A DNA stretch of 64,000 nt from Candidatus Krumholzibacteriia bacterium (GTDB lineage Bacteria > Krumholzibacteriota > Krumholzibacteriia > Krumholzibacteriales > Krumholzibacteriaceae), in NCBI GenBank assembly GCA_963836185.1, contig CAWIIQ010000001.1, positions 1,024,001 through 1,088,000 of the forward strand. The letters run 5' to 3'. Below are positions 41,233 through 52,122 of this stretch, in pieces. The notes beneath the pieces are model-generated. The model saw only the letters and a program-made list of their open reading frames with translations. It was not told the DNA's origin and did not search any database. Positions within the stretch are counted from its first letter, which is position 1. Every line of letters begins with the position of its first letter. The position numbers and the translations under genes were made by a program.

Positions 41233-42180
41233 ATGGAGCAGGACGATCGACCCGACCTTGGCAGTGAGCTCAAAAGGCTCAAGGAACGAGCCAGAGGGGT
41301 TTTCGGCGGGCAAAAGGCGCCTGAATCCGGGGCGCCGCCAGTGCCCGAGGCTCCGAAGGCCGATGAAGGATCGCCCGCCGGCCGGCCTGCAAAGCCCCAG
41401 GTGCCCGTTCTCGCTGATATTCCTGTGACCGATGACCAGATCTTTATCGAGCCGCCCGGGGGGCTGATCGAGGATATCGTCCCTGGAGAAGCCATCGAGA
41501 CCGGGGCGGGGATCCTCTGGAGGGTGAGGGAGAGAGCGGGAAACATCTGGGAAAGGGGAGCGGCGGCGCACGCTGAGTACATCGCTGCGATCGCTTCGTC
41601 TCCGGTGAAGATGCCCCCAACGTGCCGGTCCTTCGAGGCGCTTGTCAAGGCGCCGGCGGGATCGGTCGCATACCTTGACCTCGAGACGACCGGCCTGCGG
41701 AATACACCTCTCTTCCTGATCGGGCTGATGTACAGCGAGGGCGAAGAATTGATCCTCGACCAGCTCTTCGCGAGGGACTATACCGAGGAACGGGCCGTTC
41801 TCTCTTTCGTATCACAGCTGCTCGATTCGCGCGAGGTCCTCGTTACCTTCAACGGGAATACATTCGACGTCCCCTTTCTCGCTGACAGGATGACCTTTCA
41901 CGACCTGCCGATGGTCATGCCCCGGTCGCATGTCGACCTGCTTCCGGTCTCGCGGTCGCTGATGAAGGGGCGAACGCCTGACAACAGGCTCCAGACCCTG
42001 GAGAGGTTCGTACTCGGAAGGAAGAGGACCGGGGACATCCCCGGGAGCGAGATCCCTGGAGCATACCACGAATTCGTCCGCACAAAGAACGCGAGGCAGA
42101 TGGCCGCCGTTATCCACCACAACAGGCTCGATCTTCTTTCGATGATGGAGCTGATCACAGTTTATCTGACGCATATTTAA
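41233..42180 (+). CDS. RNase H-like 3'-5' exonuclease (YprB/MrfB family)
   Basis: YLDLETTGL, TFNG..FD.PFL, H.DL, IPG.EIP..Y, HNRLDL; adjacent to a DUF1998 helicase. Confidence 0.85.
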   Translation: MEQDDRPDLGSELKRLKERARGVFGGQKAPESGAPPVPEAPKADEGSPAGRPAKPQVPVLADIPVTDDQIFIEPPGGLIEDIVPGEAIETGAGILWRVRERAGNIWERGAAAHAEYIAAIASSPVKMPPTCRSFEALVKAPAGSVAYLDLETTGLRNTPLFLIGLMYSEGEELILDQLFARDYTEERAVLSFVSQLLDSREVLVTFNGNTFDVPFLADRMTFHDLPMVMPRSHVDLLPVSRSLMKGRTPDNRLQTLERFVLGRKRTGDIPGSEIPGAYHEFVRTKNARQMAAVIHHNRLDLLSMMELITVYLTHI

Positions 42181-42358
42181 AAGTCCCCGTGAGACTCCAC
42201 GCATGCAACAGCCTCACTGGCCGGGAACATTGTTACTAATGATTGCAACAACCTCCATACAGAAGTAATATAAAGATTCCGGTCCCTGAACTGACTGAGC
42301 GGCAATCTTCACCGCAGCGGCTGGGACCGGTGATGCCGGGGCAAAGGAAAGGATCGTC

Positions 42359-44802
42359 TTGGACGTAAAGAGATTTCTCGGCAAGGTCACTGTCGACGAC
42401 CTTTACGACGGCCAGATAGTCCACAGTCACAAGATTCCACTGCGCAGCGCCCGCTTCGGCGAGCTCGGTGAAGCACTGCCGCCTGGCCTCGCTTCGATCC
42501 TTGCCGGTTCGGGTATCGAGAGCCTCTACACACACCAGGTCGAGGCGGTCGAGTCTCTGCGCGGCGGGATCGACACGGTCATAGTCACATCGACGGCGAG
42601 CGGGAAGACGCTCTGCTATAACATTCCCGTTCTCGAGGCCCTCATAGAGGACCCCGGGAGCAGGGCGCTCTACCTCTATCCGACGAAGGCCCTCGCTCAG
42701 GACCAGCTGAGGGTGCTCAAGAGGTACAAGGATGGCGGCTCGATCAGCATTCGAGGCAGGGACGTACGATGGGGATACTCCGGGGCCGCTGCGAAGAAAG
42801 CTGCGCGACGGCGCCAGCATACTTCTGACCAATCCCGATATGCTTCACTCGGGGATCCTGCCTAATCACGCGAAGTGGGCCCCCTTCCTGACGAAGCTGC
42901 GCTACGTCGTCGTCGACGAGATACACAGTTATCGAGGCGTCTTCGGCTCGCATGTATCGAACGTGATGAGGCGGCTCTCACGGATATGCGACCATTACGG
43001 GTCTAAGCCGGTATTCGCGGCTAGCTCGGCGACGATCGCCAATCCGGGCGAGCACGCGGGGCGGCTGCTCGGCCGCGAGATGAAGGTCGTCACGAAGGAC
43101 GGTTCGCCGAGGGGGCGCAAGACCTTCCTCATGTGGAACCCGCCTAACCTGGACCCCGCGGGGATGGAGCGAAGGAGCTCGAACGCCGAAGCGGCCGAGC
43201 TCGTCACCCGGCTCATCCTCGACGGTGTCCAGACGATCGCCTTCGTCAGGGCGCGCGTGGTGAGCGAGGTGATAACGAGATATGTCCGGGACATGCTCTC
43301 AAAGCACCGGGCCTCGATGGCCGATTCGGTCCATCCATACAGGGGCGGGCTACCTCCCCGAGGAGCGCAGGGAGATAGAGCGCCGGTTATTCGAGGGCGA
43401 ACTCAAGGCGGTCATCAGCACCAACGCCCTCGAGCTCGGCATCGACGTCGGAGCGTTGCATGCCTCGGTGATCGTCGGTTATCCGGGCAGCATAGCCTCG
43501 ACGTGGCAGCAGGCGGGAAGGGCCGGGCGCGGCATGGAAGACTCACTGATCATATTCATCCCGCAGAATACACCGCTCGACCAGTATCTTGCCCGCAATC
43601 CCGACTACTTCTTCGGGCGCTCGCCAGAGAACGCGATAATCGATCCGGAAAACCCGCACGTCCTTCTCGGCCAGATGCGCTCCGCCGCCTTCGAGCTTCC
43701 GCTGGCCGCGAAGGAGGTAGAGGGGATGGGCGAGTACGCTCCGGCGATCGCGCAGCTCCTCGAGGAGGAGAGGGATCTCAACTTCGTCAAGGGGAGCTGG
43801 TTCTGGCGGGGGCACGGCTATCCAAGCGCCGACGTCAACCTGCGCAATATCTCGCCGAACATCTACACGATAATCGACGAGTCTGACGGCAACAGGGTGA
43901 TCGGCACGATCGACGAGGCGAGCGCATTCCAGCAGGTCCATACACAGGCGATATATCTGCACGAGGCGGAGACGTATTTCGTCCGTGACCTCGATATAGA
44001 GAAGAAGATAGCTTTCATAGAAAAGACGAATGTCGACTACTACACGCAGTCTATCACCGAGACCCAGGTCAAGGTCGACCGCGAGGAGAAGAACGGGATG
44101 TGGAGGATCAGCCCGATCGCCTTCGGCGACGTCTCGGTGACCGATCTGACGTTCATGTTCAGAAAGATAAAGTTCGGCAGCCGCGACTCGATCGGCTACG
44201 GCAAATGCGATCTGCCGCCGCAGATCCTCGAGACGGCCGGTATGTGGATAGAGCCCCCGGGCGACGCGCTCGCCGCGGTGCGCGAATGGGGAAGGGTCCC
44301 TTCCGAGGGGCTGCTCGGCCTGTCCAATATACTCAGGGAGGTCGTGCCTCTGTTCGTGATGTCCGATCCGCTCGATATCGGAACGACGGTAAACTCGCGT
44401 TCGACCGGCGGCCCGGCTCTCTACATATATGACAAGTACCCTGGCGGCCTCGGTTTCGCGCGCAAGACTTACGACATAGTCGAGGAGGTCATGCAGGCCT
44501 CGCTCGAGTTGATACAGACATGCGGATGCAGGAAGGGATGCCCCTCATGCGTCGGTTCCCCCATACCGCCCTTCACACAGCTCGACCCCGATACGGGCGG
44601 GCGCGGGATGATCCCCGACAAGGAGGCGGCCCTTGTGATCCTGCACCTTCTTCTTGAGCTCGAGGCCTACGAACCTGCTCCTCTCGAGGATTACGGAGGA
44701 GGGCCGGTGGAGAGGCCCGAGGGCAAGCCGCTCCCTGTCGAGCTGGAGAACAAGTTGCGCAGGACTCTGCTGCGCAACGGGGAGCGCGGTCGCAGGTCAT
44801 GA
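42359..44802 (+). CDS. DEAH-box helicase with DUF1998 (YprA/MrfA/Hrq1 family); two +1 frameshifts (~42747, ~43348)
   Basis: Motifs across three ORFs: TASGKT, YPTKALAQDQ, DEIHSYRG.FGS, SATIANP, TNALELGIDVG, QQAGRAGR, C.C..GCP.C. Confidence 0.88.
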
Positions 44803-44848
44803 TCGGGTAGCCAGTTAGAGTAAAATCGGACCTTTTACCGCCGGAGCG

Positions 44849-44877
44849 TTGACGCTCGACTGCCCCTGTGCTATATT
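44849..44877 (+). promoter_or_regulatory. sigma70-type promoter of the sdh operon
   Basis: TTGACG, 17 bp, TATATT with TG extended -10. Confidence 0.65.
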
Positions 44878-44978
44878 GCACTAGTTCTGCTGATCAAGTC
44901 TCTTTCAGAGCAAGGTCATCCGGGTTCCATGGCGATCGCCGCGGGACCCTCGACTTTCTTTAAACCGGGAGGCCCCCG

Positions 44979-45350
44979 ATGAGGGTTATCAAGCGTTACC
45001 GCATCCACGCGGGCACGTTTGCCTGGATTCTTCATCGCCTGTCAGGGCTCGGGCTGATCTTTTATCTGCTCCTGCACATATGGGTAATCAGCCATCTGTC
45101 CGGCGGTGAGAAATCCTTCGACGGGATAATGCACGCATTCGGCACTCCTCTCTTCAAGTTCATGGAGATAGGGCTGGTAGGCGTGATCTTCTACCACATG
45201 TTCAACGGATTGAGGATCACTCTGATAGACATGGGCGTGATGGTCGAGAAGCAGAAGACGCTTTTTGCCATCTCCGTAGTGGTATGGCTCGCCTGCTGGG
45301 GCGGGGCCGCGGCGGTAATGATCTCGCGGATGATCTCCGCGGGCGCGTAG
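44979..45350 (+). CDS. sdhC: Succinate dehydrogenase cytochrome b556 subunit
   Basis: W.LHRLSG, H..NGLRI; three TM segments. Confidence 0.9.
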   Translation: MRVIKRYRIHAGTFAWILHRLSGLGLIFYLLLHIWVISHLSGGEKSFDGIMHAFGTPLFKFMEIGLVGVIFYHMFNGLRITLIDMGVMVEKQKTLFAISVVVWLACWGGAAAVMISRMISAGA

Positions 45351-45363
45351 AAGGGAGGCCGCA

Positions 45364-45732
45364 ATGAGTTACAAGTACAATGAGACCGCAAGGTCGGGCG
45401 GCGCTCTCTGGTGGTTCTTCCACCGCCTGAGCGGGCTCTATCTCGCCGCTGTTCTCTTTGTCCACGTCCTCGTCCTGCATGTGCTGATGAAGGACGAGAT
45501 CGCGTACGGCTCGATAGCCGAACGCGTATCGACGCCACTCTGGAAGACAATAAATATTTCGTTCCTCATCGTCGCGCTGCTCCACGGCCTCTACGGCCTG
45601 TGGATCGTGCTCGGCGATTACATCCACAAGCCGTGGATGAGAATACTAATCTGGAGCGGCATTGCCGTCATCGGGCTCGTATTTGCGATATACGGCGCCC
45701 TGACGATGATCTCGTTCCAGTACGGAGGTTGA
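45364..45732 (+). CDS. sdhD: Succinate dehydrogenase membrane anchor subunit
   Basis: W..HRLSG, HGLYG.....DY; three TM segments. Confidence 0.88.
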   Translation: MSYKYNETARSGGALWWFFHRLSGLYLAAVLFVHVLVLHVLMKDEIAYGSIAERVSTPLWKTINISFLIVALLHGLYGLWIVLGDYIHKPWMRILIWSGIAVIGLVFAIYGALTMISFQYGG

Positions 45733-45738
45733 CCTGTC

Positions 45739-47526
<1,788 letters not shown>

Positions 47527-47539
47527 AGGAGGCCCCGGA

Positions 47540-48253
47540 ATGGCAATGATCACGTTCAGGATCAATCGTTTCAATCCGGACGATGAGCGTCGGGGTCACT
47601 ACATGCAGGAGTATCAGCTCGACGTGGAGAAGGGCACGACACTCCTCGACGCTCTCAACGAGATAAAGTGGAAACAGGACGGGACACTGACCTTCAGGCG
47701 CTCGTGCCGGAGCGGTATCTGCGGCTCATGCGCGATGACGATCAACGGGGTCAACAACCTCGCGTGCGAGACACAGGTGCTCGAGCTCGGAGGATCGACG
47801 ATCACCGTCGAGCCGATGCGCGGTTATCCCGTCATCAAGGACCTCGTGGTCTCTCTCGACCCGCTGGTGCGGGGCCTGCTCGCGGTGAAGCCATGGCTGA
47901 TCACCCACTCGCCCCCTTCGAGCGATCAGGAGAGGCTCCAGTCCCCTGAGGAGAGGGAGAAGATCGACGGCCTTTACGAGTGCATACTATGCGGTTCGTG
48001 CACATCGTCTTGTCCCTCGTTCTGGGCCGACAAGGAGTATGTCGGACCTCACGCCTTCCTCAAGGCTTACAGGTTCGTAGCGGATACCAGGGATGAGGGC
48101 AGCGCCGAGCACCTCAAGGCTCTCGATGACAGGCACGGGCTGTGGCGGTGCCACACGATCTTCAACTGTGTCGAGGCATGCCCGAAGGACCTCAACCCAA
48201 CGAAGGCGATTTCCGAGCTGAAAAAGGAGCTTGTCAGGCGCAGGCTCGGGTAA
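47540..48253 (+). CDS. sdhB: Succinate dehydrogenase iron-sulfur subunit
   Basis: SCRSGICGSC, CILCGSC..SCP, CHTIFNC..ACPK; AAGGAGG RBS before ATG 47540. Confidence 0.96.
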   Translation: MAMITFRINRFNPDDERRGHYMQEYQLDVEKGTTLLDALNEIKWKQDGTLTFRRSCRSGICGSCAMTINGVNNLACETQVLELGGSTITVEPMRGYPVIKDLVVSLDPLVRGLLAVKPWLITHSPPSSDQERLQSPEEREKIDGLYECILCGSCTSSCPSFWADKEYVGPHAFLKAYRFVADTRDEGSAEHLKALDDRHGLWRCHTIFNCVEACPKDLNPTKAISELKKELVRRRLG

Positions 48254-48284
48254 GGGACCCGGAAATCGGTCAGATCGTATCAAT

Positions 48285-48316
48285 GGACGGCGGCCTCGCG
48301 CCGCCGTCCTTCTTTT
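48285..48316 (+). terminator. Rho-independent terminator after sdhB
   Basis: GGACGGCGGC-CTCGC-GCCGCCGTCC followed by TTCTTTT. Confidence 0.85.
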
Positions 48317-48429
48317 GAGTGGAACCTTCCCGCGTGTTGAAATATAATCCTTCAAACGAATTCAGAGACTCGCCGGAGCGATTTGCGGGATCGTCCGGGC
48401 GATCTTCCGGAGGATAAAAGGAGGAACCG

Positions 48430-49416
48430 ATGTCAGGCTTCACACGTAGAACCTTTCTGAAGATGTCCGCGGCTCTCGGAGCGGCAGGCGGCCTTATCCC
48501 GGCAGGCCGGCTCTTCGCGGCGGCTCAGGGCAGCGGTGCTCAGGGCGGCCCCGTTGTGATATCGACATGGCCCCACGGGGTGCCGGCCAATGACGCGGCC
48601 TGGAAGGTCCTGTCTGCTGGAGGGACATCACTCGACGCGGTCGAGATGGGAGTACGTGTTCCCGAGGCTGATCCCGGTGTGCGGAGTGTCGGATACGGCG
48701 GACTTCCCGACGAGGATTGCAGGGTGACACTGGATGCCTGCATAATGGGGCCGGACGGCAACTGCGGTTCAACGGCATTCGTAGAGGGGTACATGCATCC
48801 TATATCGATTGCCCGCAGGGTGATGGAGGATACCGATCACGTGATGATCGTCGGCGGCGGCGCGGAGGAATTCGCCCGGAAGGTCGGGTTTGCCCGCGAA
48901 GACCTCCTGACTGAAGAGGCCAGGAAGGCCTGGGTCAAGTGGAAGTCGGGGATGGGCGACGGGGACGACTGGTTCCCCGGCGGCGAAGAGAACCATGACA
49001 CGATCGGAATGGTCGCGCTCGATGCGGCAGGGAACCTCTCAGGCGCGTGCACTACTTCCGGCCTTGCCTGGAAGATCCACGGACGGGTGGGCGATTCGCC
49101 GATAATCGGCGCCGGGATGTATGTCGATAACGAGGTCGGCGCGGCCGCGGCGACAGGCAGGGGCGAGGCCGTTATCAAGACCTGCGGCAGTTTTCTCGTC
49201 GTGGAGAACATGCGCAGCGGGATGTCGCCCGGGGATGCATGCAGGGCGGCCGTAGAGAGGATATCAGAGAAGCACGGCGGCAAGGCCGATTTCCAGGTCG
49301 GCTATATCGCGCTCAGTAAAAAGGGAGAGACAGGAGCATTCTCTCTCTCCGACGGGTTCTCGTATGCTCTGGCGAGAGACGGAAAGAACGAGTTACTTAC
49401 AGCGGAACATATCTAG
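48430..49416 (+). CDS. N(4)-(beta-N-acetylglucosaminyl)-L-asparaginase, Tat-exported
   Basis: TRRTFLK Tat signal; SVG.GG.PD, HDTIG autoproteolysis site, GRVGDSPIIGAG, TGRGE. Confidence 0.9.
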   Translation: MSGFTRRTFLKMSAALGAAGGLIPAGRLFAAAQGSGAQGGPVVISTWPHGVPANDAAWKVLSAGGTSLDAVEMGVRVPEADPGVRSVGYGGLPDEDCRVTLDACIMGPDGNCGSTAFVEGYMHPISIARRVMEDTDHVMIVGGGAEEFARKVGFAREDLLTEEARKAWVKWKSGMGDGDDWFPGGEENHDTIGMVALDAAGNLSGACTTSGLAWKIHGRVGDSPIIGAGMYVDNEVGAAAATGRGEAVIKTCGSFLVVENMRSGMSPGDACRAAVERISEKHGGKADFQVGYIALSKKGETGAFSLSDGFSYALARDGKNELLTAEHI

Positions 49417-49452
49417 TCGAATGATGGATGATGAATATAGAAAGGGGAGAAT

Positions 49453-50226
49453 GTGGCTTCCATGACAGGATCGGGCGGATTATTCAGGACGGCACTGGCG
49501 GTGGCTGCCCTCGCGGCGCTGATCGCATCGTGCTCCGGGAGTGTTAAGAACCCGGAGGCAGCCGTCGACAGGATGCTCAAGGCATACGGCGGAGTGAAGA
49601 ACCTTCCCCTGATTACTACCTTCGAGGGCAGGGGTTTCAGGAAACAGATTCCTGAAGGGCAGGTCGCGACAAACTACCCTTTCGATATCTTCCAGAGAAA
49701 GCTTGAGTACAAGACCAGGACGTACAGGATCCTCGACGGCAGGATCGTCGAACTTCAGATCCTTATAGTAAATAATAACGAGAATTTCATCTGGACGCTG
49801 GGGTCAGGCGCTTCAGAGGTCCCCGAATGGGAAGTCGAATTGATCGCATACAGGTTTCCCATGATCCTCGACAAGCTCAGCGCCGGGGGACTCGAACTCA
49901 AGCGCGTAGAGAGTGAGTACTGGGACGGCATGTATCACATCGGGTTCGAAGAGGGAGATAACATCGTCGATGTCGGCCTCGATGAGAAGTCATTCCATGT
50001 CAGGCAGATCTCTGTCAGGAGCCTGGCGAATCCGGACTTCTCCTTCAAAGAGGAGTACGGAGACTATGTCAAGACAGACGGCATCTGGTTTCCCAACAGG
50101 TTTATCGGATACTTCAAGGATGACGAATATTTCGAATTTCTCATCCCGGTCGTTCGATTCGGCAATGAATTCCCGGACGATTTCTTCACGGTGATGGAGA
50201 GTGATACTGCGACCGCGATGCCTTAG
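49453..50226 (+). CDS. Hypothetical lipoprotein (LolA-like/outer-membrane lipoprotein-sorting fold possible)
   Basis: Lipobox IAS-C; AYGG near the N-terminus; Y.DY...DG..FP C-terminal motif. Confidence 0.55.
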   Translation: MASMTGSGGLFRTALAVAALAALIASCSGSVKNPEAAVDRMLKAYGGVKNLPLITTFEGRGFRKQIPEGQVATNYPFDIFQRKLEYKTRTYRILDGRIVELQILIVNNNENFIWTLGSGASEVPEWEVELIAYRFPMILDKLSAGGLELKRVESEYWDGMYHIGFEEGDNIVDVGLDEKSFHVRQISVRSLANPDFSFKEEYGDYVKTDGIWFPNRFIGYFKDDEYFEFLIPVVRFGNEFPDDFFTVMESDTATAMP

Positions 50227-50264
50227 CACGCAAACTGCACTTATCGCGGCAGTTACAATCCTCA

Positions 50265-50302
50265 AAACCCGGTCCGCGAACCCCGCTGACCGGGTTTCCT
50301 TT
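50265..50302 (+). terminator. Probable terminator hairpin
   Basis: AAACCCGGTC...GACCGGGTTT followed by CCTTT. Confidence 0.6.
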
Positions 50303-50317
50303 GGCATATAAAATGCA
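50301..50317 (+). promoter_or_regulatory. sigma54 (-24/-12) promoter
   Basis: TTGGCATATAAAATGCA: GG (50303-04)-N10-GC (50315-16). Confidence 0.5.
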
Positions 50318-50419
50318 AAGCTTCCTCACAACGGGGCAGCTCCGGAAGCGAGCGTCCCGACTGGGGGAAATTGCAGGGATTCGGGCTTTTCCGGATAGAC
50401 ATCTTACGGAAGGACACCG

Positions 50420-50860
50420 GTGGAAAAGCGGATTCGGTCGTCTCATATCGTAATACTTACAGCTGTATCATGCCTGCTGCTCGCGTGTGTCATCACGTCA
50501 CCCGTCCTGTTTGTCAGCGCGGAGTCGAGAAACGGGGATCCCGCCGCTGAGGCGTCGATACTTGCCGAGAGGCATCTCGACAGGGCTATGGAAGAGATGA
50601 AGCGGACAGGAGTCTGCTCCGCCGAGGGACGCACCGTGACATGCGACGATGACGGCGGCGCCGTCTACCAGCTCGACACCAGGATCGTACGCGGGGATTC
50701 CGGTGAAGTCAGCAGGGTATCGGTCCGGGTGAGGTGGAAGGGACCTCTGGGCGGAGGAGCAGTCGTGGCGACAGGCGTCTGCGCAGAGTCATCCGGATAT
50801 GACCGGGCCTCGATGAGCGGCGCTCCTTCCGGCGATGAGTTGTCGCGCAACGACCGTTAA
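50420..50860 (+). CDS. Pilin-like (PilV/GspI-type) membrane protein
   Basis: N-terminal hydrophobic helix, A..LAE....MEE helix, RVSVRVRW strand; no canonical G|FTLIE motif. Confidence 0.45.
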   Translation: MEKRIRSSHIVILTAVSCLLLACVITSPVLFVSAESRNGDPAAEASILAERHLDRAMEEMKRTGVCSAEGRTVTCDDDGGAVYQLDTRIVRGDSGEVSRVSVRVRWKGPLGGGAVVATGVCAESSGYDRASMSGAPSGDELSRNDR

Positions 50861-50864
50861 GTTA

Positions 50865-51401
50865 TCAGAGAAGCTCGCTGACCTTGAACAGGGACCTGAA
50901 CTCGTACCCCGCGCCGGCGATCCTGTCAACGGCGCCCTCTTCCCTGTCGACGAGCACATGTACCGCGGCGATCTCGCCGCCCCCGGCTTCCACGGCTTCG
51001 GCGGCCCTCAGAAGTGAGCCACCCGTGGTGACGACATCCTCGACTATTATGATCTTCATTCCCTCTTCGAGTTTTCCCTCGACGAGTTTCTGCGTTCCGT
51101 GGCCCTTTGCTTCCTTCCTTATGAGAAAGCCTTCCTTCTCTTCGCCCCGCTCGGCGGATAGAGCGAGAAGCGCCCCGATGATCGGGTCGGCGCCTATGAC
51201 GGGGCCCGCGAAGCCGTCGTATTCAAGATCGCTGAGGCTCTCGAGCAGGAGCTTCGCCGAGAGGTTCAACCCCATCGAGTGCAGGGTCGTCATCTTCCCG
51301 TTGATGTAGTAGGTGCTTTTCTTGCCCGAGACGAGCGTGAAATCACCTTTGAGTATCGAACGCTCGATCAGGATCCTCTTGAGTTCTTCCCTGTCGCTCA
51401 A
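50865..51401 (-). CDS. pyrE: Orotate phosphoribosyltransferase
   Basis: GDFTL.SGKKS.YY, RKEAK.HG, VEDVVTTGGS, VDR.EG. Confidence 0.95.
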   Translation of the reverse strand: MSDREELKRILIERSILKGDFTLVSGKKSTYYINGKMTTLHSMGLNLSAKLLLESLSDLEYDGFAGPVIGADPIIGALLALSAERGEEKEGFLIRKEAKGHGTQKLVEGKLEEGMKIIIVEDVVTTGGSLLRAAEAVEAGGGEIAAVHVLVDREEGAVDRIAGAGYEFRSLFKVSELL

Positions 51402-51423
51402 TGTCGCCTCCGTCCTTATTGAC

Positions 51424-52065
51424 TCAGTCGTCAGTGTAAAAGGATATTCCCAGAGTGATCTGGAAAAAGTGCGCGTAGTCTTTGCCGGTATATATCCAGA
51501 CCGGCTGCCTGTAGTCTGTGCCGGTCCACATGTAGTGCCATTTTCCCCCGAGGCCGAGATGGATCCCGCCCTTTGAGAGCCTCCACCATATCTCGCCTCC
51601 CGCGTAGACTCCGGGCTGGTTGTACGTGATCCGCCCCTCTCCCGAGAATCCCATCTGGATCGAAGATGTGCTGGTATAGAGCCCGCCGCCCAGTTCGCCG
51701 CTGACCCTTAACTTCTTCGACAGGTCGGCCTTCGTCATAAGGCAGCCGGTGACGGAATAGACCATGAAATCGACCGTCTGCTGGATGCCGAGATACTCGA
51801 GATCCTTGTCGGGCAGCAGCGAATTTCCAAAATCCGATCCCGACAGGGCAATACCGAGGGCGGATGATGTCGAGAGTCCGTGGTAGAAATAGATCTCGAG
51901 CTCGCTTCCCGATCCGAAGGCCTCGTCGAGCCCCGATGTGCTGTGGATCCCGCCTATCCTGAGTCCCAGGATCTCCCTGCCCTTGATACTCTCGCCGCCT
52001 TCCGCCGGAAGGCTCGATGAGAGCACTGATGCCAGGATCGATGCTGTCAATGCAACACGTTTCAT
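51424..52065 (-). CDS. Outer-membrane beta-barrel protein (8-stranded type)
   Basis: Signal peptide; amphipathic aromatic strands; C-terminal ITLGISFY. Confidence 0.65.
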   Translation of the reverse strand: MKRVALTASILASVLSSSLPAEGGESIKGREILGLRIGGIHSTSGLDEAFGSGSELEIYFYHGLSTSSALGIALSGSDFGNSLLPDKDLEYLGIQQTVDFMVYSVTGCLMTKADLSKKLRVSGELGGGLYTSTSSIQMGFSGEGRITYNQPGVYAGGEIWWRLSKGGIHLGLGGKWHYMWTGTDYRQPVWIYTGKDYAHFFQITLGISFYTDD

Positions 52066-52122
52066 GTGTTTAAGATAGCATTCATGTAGTGGGCGGGCGA
52101 GAAAAAAAGTCTGATGGAGAGG

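Noticed and set aside
42359-44802. DUF1998 helicase as a DISARM/Druantia-type defence system
   Set aside because: No methylase, PLD nuclease or other defence partners nearby. The YprB neighbour indicates the MrfAB repair type.
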